NCBI GenBank assembly: GCA_035546615.1
Contig: DASZWM010000005.1
Coordinates: forward strand, 32,001 to 96,000
Length of the DNA stretch: 64,000 nucleotides
Origin: Minisyncoccota bacterium
GTDB lineage: Bacteria > Patescibacteriota > Minisyncoccia > Phycocordibacterales > SBAW01
Reading direction: 5' to 3'
The stretch's first letter is position 1. Every line of letters starts with the position of its first letter. The translations under genes and the position numbers were made by a program. Of this stretch, positions 52,042 through 61,565 are shown piece after piece. The notes under the pieces are model-generated. The model had not been told where the DNA came from, did no database searches, and saw nothing but the letters and a program-made list of their open reading frames with translations.

Positions 52042-52599
52042 ATGAGAATTTGTATTTTCGGCGATAGTATCACTTGGGGAGAGGGAGATAAGGAAATCGG
52101 CGGATGGGCTGATCGTCTAAAGGTCCATTTAATGGAACGGGATTTTAGCGTTTACAATCTTGGAATTAGAGGGGACACAAGCGCTGGCGTTTTAGATCGG
52201 TTCAAACAAGAAATTGCTGCACGCAGCCGAAAGCTGGGAGGTATCTTGTTCGCGATAGGAATTAACGATTGCCTTCAGGGAGTTTCCGTAGAAGAGTTCC
52301 AGAATAATATGCGAACCCTTATGGAGCTATCTCCGGAGTTTGCGGACACAACTATAATGATAGGCCTAACAAGAACCACGGATACCTCGGCCAATGAAAA
52401 GATAGAGCAATTTAATAAGGAGCTGGAGGTCCTCTGCAGAGAAAGAAAAGTTTTGTTTATTCCCATGTTCGACCTTTTCGCAACAGATGATTTAACGAAA
52501 GACGGTCTCCATCCGAGTCCGACTGGCTACAAGAAGATGTTCGAGCGTATCAAACTTGTTCTAGAACCGCTTCTGCCTGTAATGACTGTCGACCAATGA
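52042..52599 (+). CDS. SGNH/GDSL-family hydrolase.
   Basis: MRICIFGDSITWGEGD (GDS(L) block I), G in block II, GINDC block III, DGLHPS block V. Confidence 0.7.
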   Translation: MRICIFGDSITWGEGDKEIGGWADRLKVHLMERDFSVYNLGIRGDTSAGVLDRFKQEIAARSRKLGGILFAIGINDCLQGVSVEEFQNNMRTLMELSPEFADTTIMIGLTRTTDTSANEKIEQFNKELEVLCRERKVLFIPMFDLFATDDLTKDGLHPSPTGYKKMFERIKLVLEPLLPVMTVDQ

Positions 52600-53372
52600 A
52601 GCTATTCGACGCCCATTGCCACTTGCAGCTTTCGCAATTCGACGCGGACCAGGCGGAGGTGCTTTCGCGCATGCGCGATAAGGAGATGGGCGCCATTGTT
52701 ATCGGCGTAGACCTGGCAACGAGCAGGGAAGCGGTCGCGCTGGCTGAAGCTCACGACTTCTTGTGGGCTGCGGTAGGGCTGCACCCGAACGATAATCCGA
52801 AGGAGGAGTTCGACACGACGGCTTTTGAAGAGTTGGCGAAGCATCCCAAGGTCGTCGCAGTAGGGGAATGCGGGCTCGATTATTTCCGAAGCGGCGGCAC
52901 TCCTGAGGAAAAGCTGGCCCAGAAAGAGCGGTTTGAAAAGCAGATAGCGCTGGCCATTAAGGTAGGAAAGCCTCTGATAATCCATTGCCGCAACGCGCAC
53001 GACGACATGCTTGAGATCTTATCCTTATATTCTGCAGAATTAGAGAGTAAGGAGTTGCGGGCGGTTATTCATTTTTGCACCGTCGATGGGGCGCTTGCCC
53101 AGAAATATATCGACCTGGCCTGCTATCTTTCGTTCCCCGGGCCCATTACCTATACCGACATGTACGACGATTCGATCAAAGTCGCGCCGATGGATAGGAT
53201 TCTTGTCGAAACCGACTCACCATTTGCCGCCCCGGTGCCGTATCGCGGCCAGCGCAACGAGCCCGCATACGTAGAGGACGTGGTAAAGAAAATCGCAGCT
53301 CTTAAGGGCGTCTTGGTCGAAGAAATGGCGGCCCAGATAGTCAAAAACAGTCAGGAAGTCTTCAAACTGTAG
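52596..53372 (+). CDS. tatD: TatD-family metal-dependent deoxyribonuclease.
   Basis: MKLFDAHCHLQ ... GLHP ... AVGECGLDY ... IHCR ... ETDSPF are the TatD His/Glu/Asp metal-ligand motifs. Confidence 0.85.
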   Translation: MKLFDAHCHLQLSQFDADQAEVLSRMRDKEMGAIVIGVDLATSREAVALAEAHDFLWAAVGLHPNDNPKEEFDTTAFEELAKHPKVVAVGECGLDYFRSGGTPEEKLAQKERFEKQIALAIKVGKPLIIHCRNAHDDMLEILSLYSAELESKELRAVIHFCTVDGALAQKYIDLACYLSFPGPITYTDMYDDSIKVAPMDRILVETDSPFAAPVPYRGQRNEPAYVEDVVKKIAALKGVLVEEMAAQIVKNSQEVFKL

Positions 53373-53394
53373 GGTTATTGCGGGGGCTAAACCC

Positions 53395-53949
53395 TTGTGC
53401 TATAGTGCCCGCATGGCAGAAACGTCGCAGGTCTCGGCTGAGACCTCATCCCAAGCGAATGCCCCTAAGGACACCCGTCTCATCTACGAGATCGGGTTTC
53501 ATGTCGTGCCGACCGTTGAGGAGGCGAAAGTGGGGGATGTCGTAGAGACCATCCGTACCGCGCTTTCCAGCATCAAGGCCGACATAATCGGCGAGCAGTT
53601 CCCGAACAAGATAACCCTCGCTTACGAGGTGGAGCGCTCGACGACCGGCAAGCGCGAAAAGTACACGCAGGCCTACTTCGGCTGGATAAAGTTCGCGGTC
53701 GAGGAGCGCGACGGCATATCGTCGGTTGAGGCGATGCTCCGCTCGTCCAAGGACATCCTGCGCTACCTCCTTGTCGCTTCTTCTCTCGTAGAGGCGATCC
53801 AGCCTCGCCGCGCGGTCTTCTCCTCCAACCGTCTCGAAGGCGAGACGATAAAGAAGCCCACCGCCGCTCCCGAGGAGGCGGGCGTCGTATCCGAGGCCGA
53901 GCTCGACAAGAGCATCGAGGCGCTCGTGAGCGACGAGAAGGCGGTATAA
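53395..53949 (+). CDS. rpsF: 30S ribosomal protein S6 with N- and C-terminal extensions.
   Basis: LIYEIGFHVVPTVEE...VETIRTAL...GGIIGEQ.P.KITLAYEV....GKREKYTQAYFGWIKF is canonical S6. About 184 aa if the first ATG is used; the true start may be a few codons in. Confidence 0.8.
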   Translation: MCYSARMAETSQVSAETSSQANAPKDTRLIYEIGFHVVPTVEEAKVGDVVETIRTALSSIKADIIGEQFPNKITLAYEVERSTTGKREKYTQAYFGWIKFAVEERDGISSVEAMLRSSKDILRYLLVASSLVEAIQPRRAVFSSNRLEGETIKKPTAAPEEAGVVSEAELDKSIEALVSDEKAV

Positions 53950-53956
53950 TCAGCGT

Positions 53957-54406
53957 ATGAACAAAGTCATCCTGTACGGCAATCTCACCCGCGACCCGGA
54001 GCTCAAGGCGCTCCCGTCAGGGGCGCAAGTAGCTTCTTTCGGCCTCGCGACCAACCGTGTGTGGCGCGACAAGGAGGGCAACAAGCAGGAGCAGGTGGAG
54101 TTCCACAACATAGTCGTGTTTGGCCGCCAGGCGGAAACCACAGCACAGTATCTTAAGAAGGGGAACTCAGCCATTATCGAGGGCCGCATCCAGACGCGCA
54201 GCTGGGACAGCCCGGAGAAGGGCAAGCAGTACCGCACCGAGATAATCGCGGACCGCGTAGAGTTCGGCTCGCGCTCCTCAGGCGGCGCAGGCTCAAACTC
54301 GGCCCCGGCAGCCATGAGCGACGCGGAGGCGCCGCAGAAGGCGGTCAAGGAGGACGCGATAGACTACCCGCAAGAAGACATTAATCCTGACGACATCCCC
54401 TTCTAG
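53957..54406 (+). CDS. ssb: Single-stranded DNA-binding protein.
   Basis: MNKVILYGNLTRDPEL......NRVWRDKEGNKQEQVEFHNIVVFGRQAE (OB fold) and an acidic C-terminal tail ending DDIPF. Confidence 0.9.
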   Translation: MNKVILYGNLTRDPELKALPSGAQVASFGLATNRVWRDKEGNKQEQVEFHNIVVFGRQAETTAQYLKKGNSAIIEGRIQTRSWDSPEKGKQYRTEIIADRVEFGSRSSGGAGSNSAPAAMSDAEAPQKAVKEDAIDYPQEDINPDDIPF

Positions 54407-54442
54407 AAGGGGATAGTATAAAAGACGTTCGTAATAATTTTT

Positions 54443-54652
54443 ATGGCAGCACGCACAGAAACTCAATTGCTCGGAGCCCAGATCCAGACCCTGGATTATA
54501 AGGACGTGGAAACGCTGAAGAAGTTCCTTAATCCGCACGGCAAGATAATGTCGCATCGCCGCACGGGCCTTTCCGCGGCCAACCAGCGCGCGCTCGCGCA
54601 GTCGGTCAAGCGCGCCCGCTTCATGGCGCTTCTTCCATTTATCGTAAGATAA
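54443..54652 (+). CDS. rpsR: 30S ribosomal protein S18.
   Basis: [41 protein letters not shown]. Confidence 0.9.
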   Translation: MAARTETQLLGAQIQTLDYKDVETLKKFLNPHGKIMSHRRTGLSAANQRALAQSVKRARFMALLPFIVR

Positions 54653-54848
54653 ATAAATTAAATAGATCGTCCGCTAACAAAACCCCGCCTTTGGGCGGGG
54701 TTTTCAGTTGGAAGAATCAGGGTCGTGAGCCGGCCGAGAGGAGCTATACGCCTTATCTTCTGAGGCTTGCGATGTGCTATGGGAGATTAAGCTCCTTCTG
54801 CCTGTCGATTGCCCTCAGGCCGCAATCGTCCCAATAGTAGATCGAGCC

Positions 54849-55418
54849 TTATTTTTTGTCGACGCGCTCCACGTACTGGCCGAGCTCGGTGTTGACGCGG
54901 ACAATATCACCCTCGTTTATAAAGAGGGGGGCCTGCACCGTGGCGCCGGTCTCAAGTGTTATCTCTTTCGTGCCGCCTTGGGAGGTGTTGCCGCGCACTG
55001 CCGGCGGGGCGTCCTTCACGACGAGTTCCACCTTGATCGGCACGCGCACCGCGATAATATTGTCGTCGAATACGAGGGCCTCGAGTACGGAGTTGGGCTT
55101 CAAAAACTGCCCGGCCGGTCCGATGGTTTCCTCCGGAAGCTTGAACCGGTCGGCGGGATTCTTCACGTCGCTGAACCACCATTCGCCGCGGTTGGTATAG
55201 AGGTATTTCACATCGCGGGTGGAAAGGTCGGCTTCCTCTGCTTTTTCAGACACGTGGAAGGCCTGTTCGGTCACCTTGCCGGTGATAAGGTGGCGCAGCT
55301 TCGTCTGGTTCACCGGCTTGCGCTGCTGCTTGCGGAAGACGTGCGCATCCAGGACTTCGTACGGCTGGCCATCCATTAGGATGACCTTTTTGGGCAAAAT
55401 CTCGTTATATTCAAGCAT
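54849..55418 (-). CDS. efp: Elongation factor P.
   Basis: MLEYNEILPKKVILMDGQPYEVLDAHVFRKQQRKPVNQTKLRHLITGKV... KOW-like domain I with the conserved loop Lys region plus two OB domains. 189 aa. Confidence 0.9.
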   Translation of the reverse strand: MLEYNEILPKKVILMDGQPYEVLDAHVFRKQQRKPVNQTKLRHLITGKVTEQAFHVSEKAEEADLSTRDVKYLYTNRGEWWFSDVKNPADRFKLPEETIGPAGQFLKPNSVLEALVFDDNIIAVRVPIKVELVVKDAPPAVRGNTSQGGTKEITLETGATVQAPLFINEGDIVRVNTELGQYVERVDKK

Positions 55419-55463
55419 TGAAACATTTTACACAAAGATACGGTTATATCAATCGAAGCCGCC

Positions 55464-56075
55464 ATGATATATGCTGTGACCATGGGAAAGGGATATCTCT
55501 CGCTTGAAGAAGAAGCCAGGGAGCAGACCGACGAGGAAGTGCTCGCGGCTTCGGTGTCGCATCCGGCGCTGTTCGCGATTCTGGTTCGCAAGTACGAGGC
55601 CCCGTTCATGCGAAAGGCCAGAAGCATCGTGCGCGAAGAGACGGAGGCCGAGGACGTGGTGCAGGAAGCCTTCACCAAGATTTATCTCAACGCGGCGAAG
55701 TTCAAGACGGTCGAAGGCGCGACGTTCTCTTCCTGGGGCTACCGCATCCTCATCAATACCGCGCTGACGCATTACGCGCGGCAGAAGCGCGAGCGCGGCA
55801 GGACGGCGGAACTCGACGACGAGATTTGGGCGCTCATTCCGGACAAGAATTTGAAGCAGTTCGAAAAGAAGGAATTCATGGACGAGGTCGCATCGGTGCT
55901 CTCGCGGATGCCGCCGATATTCGCACAAGCCTTGTCCGGGTTCTTTCTGGAAGGGAAGTCCCAGGAGGAGATGGCGCAGGCTGAAGGCGTGTCGGTCGGG
56001 GCGATAAAGACCCGGGTGCACCGCGCCAAGAAGGAGTTTAAAAAGGTGTTCGAGGCGATTAGCACTAATATTTAA
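55464..56075 (+). CDS. RNA polymerase sigma factor, sigma-70 family (ECF-like group).
   Basis: Region 2 (VQEAFTKIYLNAAKFK ... FSSWGYRILINT) and region 4 HTH (EGKSQEEMAQAEGVSVGAIKTRVHRAKKEFKK). 203 aa. Confidence 0.8.
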   Translation: MIYAVTMGKGYLSLEEEAREQTDEEVLAASVSHPALFAILVRKYEAPFMRKARSIVREETEAEDVVQEAFTKIYLNAAKFKTVEGATFSSWGYRILINTALTHYARQKRERGRTAELDDEIWALIPDKNLKQFEKKEFMDEVASVLSRMPPIFAQALSGFFLEGKSQEEMAQAEGVSVGAIKTRVHRAKKEFKKVFEAISTNI

Positions 56076-56078
56076 TAT

Positions 56079-56405
56079 ATGAGCAAGATAGAAACACAGG
56101 TGATGGCGAGCGTCGGCGTTATATACGCCGCCCGCGCCTTGATGAGCGCAACGGCCATAAAGCTCTACGCGCTTGTCGCGTCTTTCGCCGGCATCGTGTT
56201 CTTCGCTTCGGTGCCGCACGTGGCTGCCAACTTCTTCTCGGTTGCCCATAGCGGTCCTACGAGTGTTGTATTCTTCGTCGTCTACGCCGTATTAAGCACA
56301 ACGGTAGTCGTGCAATTCGCGCTTGCGGTAGGAGCCGCAGCTGCCGTGTCGCTGTTTGTTTCCGGAGTCCATTCGTTTCTCTCCGGCAAAGCAGTGACAG
56401 CCTAA
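56079..56405 (+). CDS. Small membrane protein (possible anti-sigma partner; speculative).
   Basis: 108 aa, three TM helices, immediately downstream (4 nt) of the sigma factor gene. Confidence 0.35.
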   Translation: MSKIETQVMASVGVIYAARALMSATAIKLYALVASFAGIVFFASVPHVAANFFSVAHSGPTSVVFFVVYAVLSTTVVVQFALAVGAAAAVSLFVSGVHSFLSGKAVTA

Positions 56406-56463
56406 ACATATTTTGGACTTCGTAAGTCCAGAATATCGGCAAAAAGCCTTATTTGCAGGCGTT

Positions 56464-57561
56464 TTATTCTTCTTCCGAGCCGTCGGAATCTTCGGAGCCG
56501 CCTTTTTTGCTCGGGACTGCCGACGCGTTCTCGGCCAAGCCCTTCCTGATAGCTTTCAGAAGGTCGCTCGACACTTTCTTATTCTCGCGCAGGTACGTGC
56601 GCGATGCGTCGTATCCGCGGCCGAGCTTTTCCTCGCCGAAGGCGTAGGAGCTGCCGCTCTTCTGTACGACGCCGAGCTTCTCGCCGAGCGCCAACAGTTC
56701 GCCTTCGGTCGAGATGCCTTCGCTGTACATAATGTCGAACTCGGTCGTGCGGAAGGGGGCCGCGACCTTGTTCTTGACCACCTTCACGCGATGGCGGCCG
56801 CCCACGACCTCTTCTCCTTTCTTGATTTGCGCGATGCGCCGGATGTCGAGGCGGATGGAAGTGTAGAACTTAAGCGCCTTGCCGCCGGTCGTGGTTTCCG
56901 GATTGCCGAACATCACGCCTATCTGCATGCGGATCTGGTTGATGAATATGATGATGGTCTTCGATTTGGAAACGATCGCGGTGAGCTTGCGCAGCGCCTG
57001 GCTCATGAGCCGGGCTTGCTTGCCGACCTGGTAGGAACCCATGTCGCCCTCGATTTCGTCTTTCGGAGTGAGCGCGGCCACGGAGTCCACCACGATGATG
57101 TCCACCTTGCCGGAGCGCACGAGACCCTCGACTATCTCAAGCGCCTGCTCGCCGTTGTCCGGCTGGGAGACAAGCAGCTCGTTTATCTTTACGCCGAGCT
57201 TCTTTGCGTACTCCGGGTCAAGCGCGTGCTCCGCGTCGATGAACGCGCACACGCCGCCTTTTTTCTGCGCCTCGGCGATGGCGTGGAGGCTGAGGGTCGT
57301 CTTGCCGGAAGATTCGGGACCGAATACTTCCAAAATGCGGCCGCGAGGATAGCCGCCGATGCCGAGCGCCCAGTCGAGGCCTACGGAGCCGGACGGGATG
57401 ACGTCGACGTCCACCTTGGGGGAGTCGCCGAGCTTCATGATAGCCTCGTCGCCGAACTTCGTTTTTATATCGCGTATGGCCGCGTCTATCGCGCTATTGT
57501 CCTTCTCTTTGCCCGAACCCATCGTCTTCTCCGGCTTCTTGTCCTTTCCTTTTAGTGCCAT
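56464..57561 (-). CDS. recA: Recombinase RecA with an N-terminal Lys-rich extension.
   Basis: [13 protein letters not shown] (Walker A), IVVDSVAAL (Walker B), L1/L2 loop regions and the typical C-terminal acidic tail. 365 aa. Confidence 0.95.
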   Translation of the reverse strand: MALKGKDKKPEKTMGSGKEKDNSAIDAAIRDIKTKFGDEAIMKLGDSPKVDVDVIPSGSVGLDWALGIGGYPRGRILEVFGPESSGKTTLSLHAIAEAQKKGGVCAFIDAEHALDPEYAKKLGVKINELLVSQPDNGEQALEIVEGLVRSGKVDIIVVDSVAALTPKDEIEGDMGSYQVGKQARLMSQALRKLTAIVSKSKTIIIFINQIRMQIGVMFGNPETTTGGKALKFYTSIRLDIRRIAQIKKGEEVVGGRHRVKVVKNKVAAPFRTTEFDIMYSEGISTEGELLALGEKLGVVQKSGSSYAFGEEKLGRGYDASRTYLRENKKVSSDLLKAIRKGLAENASAVPSKKGGSEDSDGSEEE

Positions 57562-57582
57562 ATGTTTTTTAAATAGCGCCCG

Positions 57583-57930
57583 TTATACGATGCTCGTTGA
57601 GCAGTAGTTTAAGACAGTAATGTGAACTTGAGCGGAAGCGCGCCTGCCGAAGCGGTCGGTGGCCGCGACGGTGAATATAGCATACCCGGGCGGGGGAGTG
57701 AGCCGCAAGGAGAACCGTCCGGCCTCGTCAGTATAGGCCGGCGCGTCGTTGATGGTCAAAAACGAGATGTTCCGGGCCACGCCCGATACGGTAACGGCCG
57801 GACTCGAGGTGGCGCTGCCGTCCTGCGGCGCGTATATGGTTATTTCCGGACCGCCCAAAAGCCGCCGCGATTCGAACAGCCCGTAGGCGAGGATGCCGAG
57901 CGCAAGCAGCACTATAAGGGCCCGCTTCAT
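57583..57930 (-). CDS. Small secreted hypothetical protein.
   Basis: 115 aa, signal peptide MKRALIVLLALGILAYG. Overlaps the ftsK stop by 4 nt on the same strand. Confidence 0.4.
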   Translation of the reverse strand: MKRALIVLLALGILAYGLFESRRLLGGPEITIYAPQDGSATSSPAVTVSGVARNISFLTINDAPAYTDEAGRFSLRLTPPPGYAIFTVAATDRFGRRASAQVHITVLNYCSTSIV

Positions 57931-60158
57931 ACCTCCTCCGGCGGAGGCGGCGCTTCTGCGGGCTTCATGCCCAGTATCTCGCGCGGCTTGGCGCCGTCGC
58001 CGGGGCCTATGACGCCGCGCTCCTCAAGTATGTCGATAAGCCTGGCCGCGCGCGCGTAGCCCACGCGCAGCTTGCGCTGGAGGTACGAGGTCGAAGCCTT
58101 GCCGGCCTCAAGCACCGCGGCGCGCGCCGCCTCGTACATGTCGTCGTCTATCTCTTCGTCGTCTCCGCCGAACCCGCCGCCCGAGGAGCCTGCGCCGTCC
58201 AGGCTCAGGCTCGTCGTGCCCGGGGCGGGCGCGCCGATGTCTACCGGTATCTCCGCCTCGTTGTTCTTGGCGATGAAGTCAACGACCTTCTTCACCTCGC
58301 CTTCGCTGATGAACGCGCTCTGGAGGCGCACCGGCTTTCCCATGTCGCCCGAAAGATACAGCATATCGCCCGCGCCCAGGAGCTTTTCCGCGCCGCCCTG
58401 GTCGAGGATGGTCCGCGAGTCTATCTGGGAGGCTACCTGGAGCGCCAGGCGGGCGGGAATGTTGGCCTTAATAAGGCCCGTGATGACGTTAACGGAAGGC
58501 CGCTGGGTGGAAAGAAGCAGGTGGATGCCGACCGCGCGCGACATCTGTGCCAGGCGCACGATGGCGCCTTCAAGCTCGCGCGGGTAGCTCTGCATGATGT
58601 CGGCGAGCTCGTCGATGACGATGACGATGTACGGCATGCCCTCGGGCACCTTTTCGCCCTCGTCCGGCGCGCCGCCTTTCTTGCGCAGGGCTTCAAGCGC
58701 GGGAGCGAGCACGTTCTCGTGGTACGAGTCTATGTCGCGCACGCGGTGCTCTTCGAGGATGTTGTAGCGCCTTTCCATCTCCTTGCCCGCCCAGCGCAGG
58801 GCGGTTATGGCGCGTTTCGCGTCGGTAATGACAGGGGAGAGCAGGTGGGGAATCGGGTTATACAGCGTAAGCTCCACGCGTTTCGGGTCTATCATCAGGA
58901 ATCTGAGCCGCGAGGGGCCCATACGGAAGAGAAGCGAGGCGATGATCGCGTGTATGGTGACCGACTTGCCCGAGCCGGTCGCGCCAGCAATGAGCGCGTG
59001 CGGCATTTTGGCGACATTGGCGAAGTGGGACGAGCCGGCGATGTCGCGGCCAAGCGCCACCAGAAGCGGCTTGCGCGAGGAGGCGAACTCGGGGGACTCC
59101 AGCAGGGTGCCGAGGCCGACCGTTACCTTAGCGGAGTTGGGGACTTCGATGCCCACCAGCGACTTGCCGGGGATAGGCGCCTCGATGCGCACCGGGTGCG
59201 CCGCGAGCGCGAGCTCAAGGTTGGTCTGGAGCGACAGTATCTTCTGCAGGCGCACGCCTTCGGCGGGCTTTATCGCATAGCGCGTTACCGACGGGCCGAT
59301 TGATATTTCGTCCAATTCAACTGTAATCCCGAAGTTCTGGAGCGTGCGCTTGATGATATTGGCGTTGCCCTTTATGTCGCCGACGCCCGGCCGGCCCTTG
59401 TCGCGCTCAAGCAGGGACAGGGGAGGCGGCTGATACTCGCCTAGAAGAGTTTGGAGCGCTGCGGCGTTCGCGATGCGCGCGTCGTGGGCGGCGGCCCGGG
59501 CAGGCGCTTTGGCGATGACCGGTTCCTCGTCGTAGTCTTGCGCCGGCGGCTCTTCATGCGCCGAAGCGCGCGCCGGAGTTTCATCGCCGCCCATGTCCGC
59601 GCCGGTGATGAGGGCATCTTTTGCGGCGTCATCACTCCCCTTTTTGAACAGGCGCATAAGCAGGCTCCAAAGCGCTCGGAGAGGCGCGAGCGAGATATTC
59701 CCTTCAACCAATATAAGGAGCGAAATGAGGGAGAGGCCGCCCAGCACGCTTACCGCGGCGTAAACGTCGAACAAGCCCACCAGGGGGTCGGCGATATGGG
59801 CTCCGACGAACCCCCCTTTGCCGCTTACTATTGTGACGAAGCCCAGACCCGCCACGAAAAATATCGCGCTCGCCAGTACCTTAAGCAGGGGGACGCCGCT
59901 CCCCTCCTGTTCGCGCAAGGCCGCCGCGGCAAGGACAAAGGAAAGGAGCGGCAGCAGGAAGTAGCCGATGCCGAGCAGATATGCAAAAAGATTGTAGGCG
60001 CTTGTGCCGGCCTCTCCCGCGCCGTCGAACGCGGCAAGGGTCAGGAACACGCCCACTATGGCAAACACGACCGCGACTATCGCGCGCAGTGTAGCCGGCG
60101 GAAGGGCGGTAAGGGGATTCAGCGAGGGCTTATTTTGCCTGTTGTGCTTGCGTGCCAT
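57927..60158 (-). CDS. ftsK: DNA translocase FtsK.
   Basis: N-terminal four-TM region, motor domain with Walker A (GATGSGKS) and the HIAI region, and a C-terminal gamma winged-helix domain (YLQRKLRVGYARAARLIDILEERGVIGP). Confidence 0.9.
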   Translation of the reverse strand: MARKHNRQNKPSLNPLTALPPATLRAIVAVVFAIVGVFLTLAAFDGAGEAGTSAYNLFAYLLGIGYFLLPLLSFVLAAAALREQEGSGVPLLKVLASAIFFVAGLGFVTIVSGKGGFVGAHIADPLVGLFDVYAAVSVLGGLSLISLLILVEGNISLAPLRALWSLLMRLFKKGSDDAAKDALITGADMGGDETPARASAHEEPPAQDYDEEPVIAKAPARAAAHDARIANAAALQTLLGEYQPPPLSLLERDKGRPGVGDIKGNANIIKRTLQNFGITVELDEISIGPSVTRYAIKPAEGVRLQKILSLQTNLELALAAHPVRIEAPIPGKSLVGIEVPNSAKVTVGLGTLLESPEFASSRKPLLVALGRDIAGSSHFANVAKMPHALIAGATGSGKSVTIHAIIASLLFRMGPSRLRFLMIDPKRVELTLYNPIPHLLSPVITDAKRAITALRWAGKEMERRYNILEEHRVRDIDSYHENVLAPALEALRKKGGAPDEGEKVPEGMPYIVIVIDELADIMQSYPRELEGAIVRLAQMSRAVGIHLLLSTQRPSVNVITGLIKANIPARLALQVASQIDSRTILDQGGAEKLLGAGDMLYLSGDMGKPVRLQSAFISEGEVKKVVDFIAKNNEAEIPVDIGAPAPGTTSLSLDGAGSSGGGFGGDDEEIDDDMYEAARAAVLEAGKASTSYLQRKLRVGYARAARLIDILEERGVIGPGDGAKPREILGMKPAEAPPPPEEV

Positions 60159-60320
60159 GGGGAAATAGTAGCACGCCGGAGCCTAACTTTTTTGCGCCCG
60201 GATTCGTGTGGATAGGAGCTTGCGTTTGGTTCGAAGTGCGCTACTCTAAACGACAAGGAAGTGTCCCTTTGCCGGATTGGAAATCATAAAAGACTAAAAG
60301 AGACATAATAAAAGACATAC

Positions 60321-61064
60321 ATGGATGGGGCTGGTAAAAATTTTCACGAAATAGCTTTAAAATCAATCCTTTTTAAAGGACGCGGCGACTGGTATTTCTG
60401 CTATTTGAAGTCGGAAAAGATAGCCCATGTGCTCACGCTTCTGCTCCAGGGCTCGCCTGCGAAAGACAAGGAATTATTGCAGGAACTTGTCGCTTCGGCG
60501 GGGCGGCTGCCGCATATGATAACGCATTTCGTAGCCGGCGAAGTAGAAGCGGCGCTCGTGCTTGCTGATATTTTCTCCGTCCTTTCCCTTGTCAGGCTGA
60601 GCGCGACGCAGGGCTATATCCGTCCCGAAAATACCCGCATTTTGGCAGCAGAATATGAGGATATGGTGCGCCGGATAGCGGCGGAAAACCACCCCTCGCC
60701 GTTCATCACGGCGCAGGATTTTACCGTTGAGGAGGCGGTCGGGCGTATTCAGCTGGGAGGGCCCGTGTCGCCGTTTTCTGAGCCTGCCTCTGCCACACGC
60801 CACCAAGCTCCCATAAAGGACAAATCTAAAGGACATATAAAAGGCAATGCCGGCGAATCTAAAGGACAACAGGAACGGGCCGCTCAAATATACGATTTTG
60901 TGAAGTCTCACAAGGGGGTGTCTATTAAAGAGATAGCGGCGGTAGTGCGCGGCTGTAGCGAAAAGACTATCCAGCGCGAGCTTGCCGGCCTTATCCGCCA
61001 GGGTCTTATACAAAGGAAGGGGGAAAAGCGTTGGAGCATATACGTTCCAATCCCTTCTTTCTAG
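60321..61064 (+). CDS. Hypothetical protein with a C-terminal winged-helix DNA-binding domain.
   Basis: 247 aa. The C-terminus IYDFVKSHKGVSIKEIAAVVRGCSEKTIQRELAGLIRQGLIQRKGEKRW has the HTH/wing pattern of MarR/DeoR-like wHTH domains. The N-terminal 180 aa carry no recognised motif. Confidence 0.4.
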   Translation: MDGAGKNFHEIALKSILFKGRGDWYFCYLKSEKIAHVLTLLLQGSPAKDKELLQELVASAGRLPHMITHFVAGEVEAALVLADIFSVLSLVRLSATQGYIRPENTRILAAEYEDMVRRIAAENHPSPFITAQDFTVEEAVGRIQLGGPVSPFSEPASATRHQAPIKDKSKGHIKGNAGESKGQQERAAQIYDFVKSHKGVSIKEIAAVVRGCSEKTIQRELAGLIRQGLIQRKGEKRWSIYVPIPSF

Positions 61065-61565
61065 GGGCAAAGGCTGTTGACCTTTTACCTCCCTTGGTAT
61101 ACCTTCATGGGTGTGGAGCAAACAGAAAAAGAGGCCCAGACGGGGCTTTTTACCTGTTTGCGTAAGACGGGCATAAAGCCGCTTATCCACAGCATTTTTT
61201 TGCAGTGCTCTCGCGTATAGCCCTATAATGGTGTGAGCGACTGAAATCGGGATTCTTGCACTACGCAGACAGACCAGGCGCTACGCAACGTTCATTGACA
61301 ACTCAATAGACGGCACAAACGTCACAGCGGCGCTGTAAGCAATATAGGCTTAGAGCGTCATTAGCAGTGTTCCCCACTGATATTCCTTGTCCCTTCATGG
61401 TTGCTTAAGGTTGCGTGTCAGACTATCCCACTTGCTACCAAGACGCGCCTTTCCGAGGTGCCCGTTTCTTTAACAGGAGCGGGAGCACGGCAAGGTAGTC
61501 GGTAGAATCGTTCGGTTCCCTTTATTCGTAGATTACAAGTAAGAAATTATTAGTTCGCACTTATT

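Noticed and set aside
56413-57555. A 380 aa plus-strand ORF overlapping recA.
   Set aside because: It is antisense to recA, which has canonical Walker A/B and loop motifs, and has a low-complexity Ala/Leu/Arg composition.
58072-59303. Several 165 to 260 aa plus-strand ORFs inside the ftsK region.
   Set aside because: They are antisense to ftsK (TM N-terminus, Walker A motor and gamma domain all present on the minus strand).
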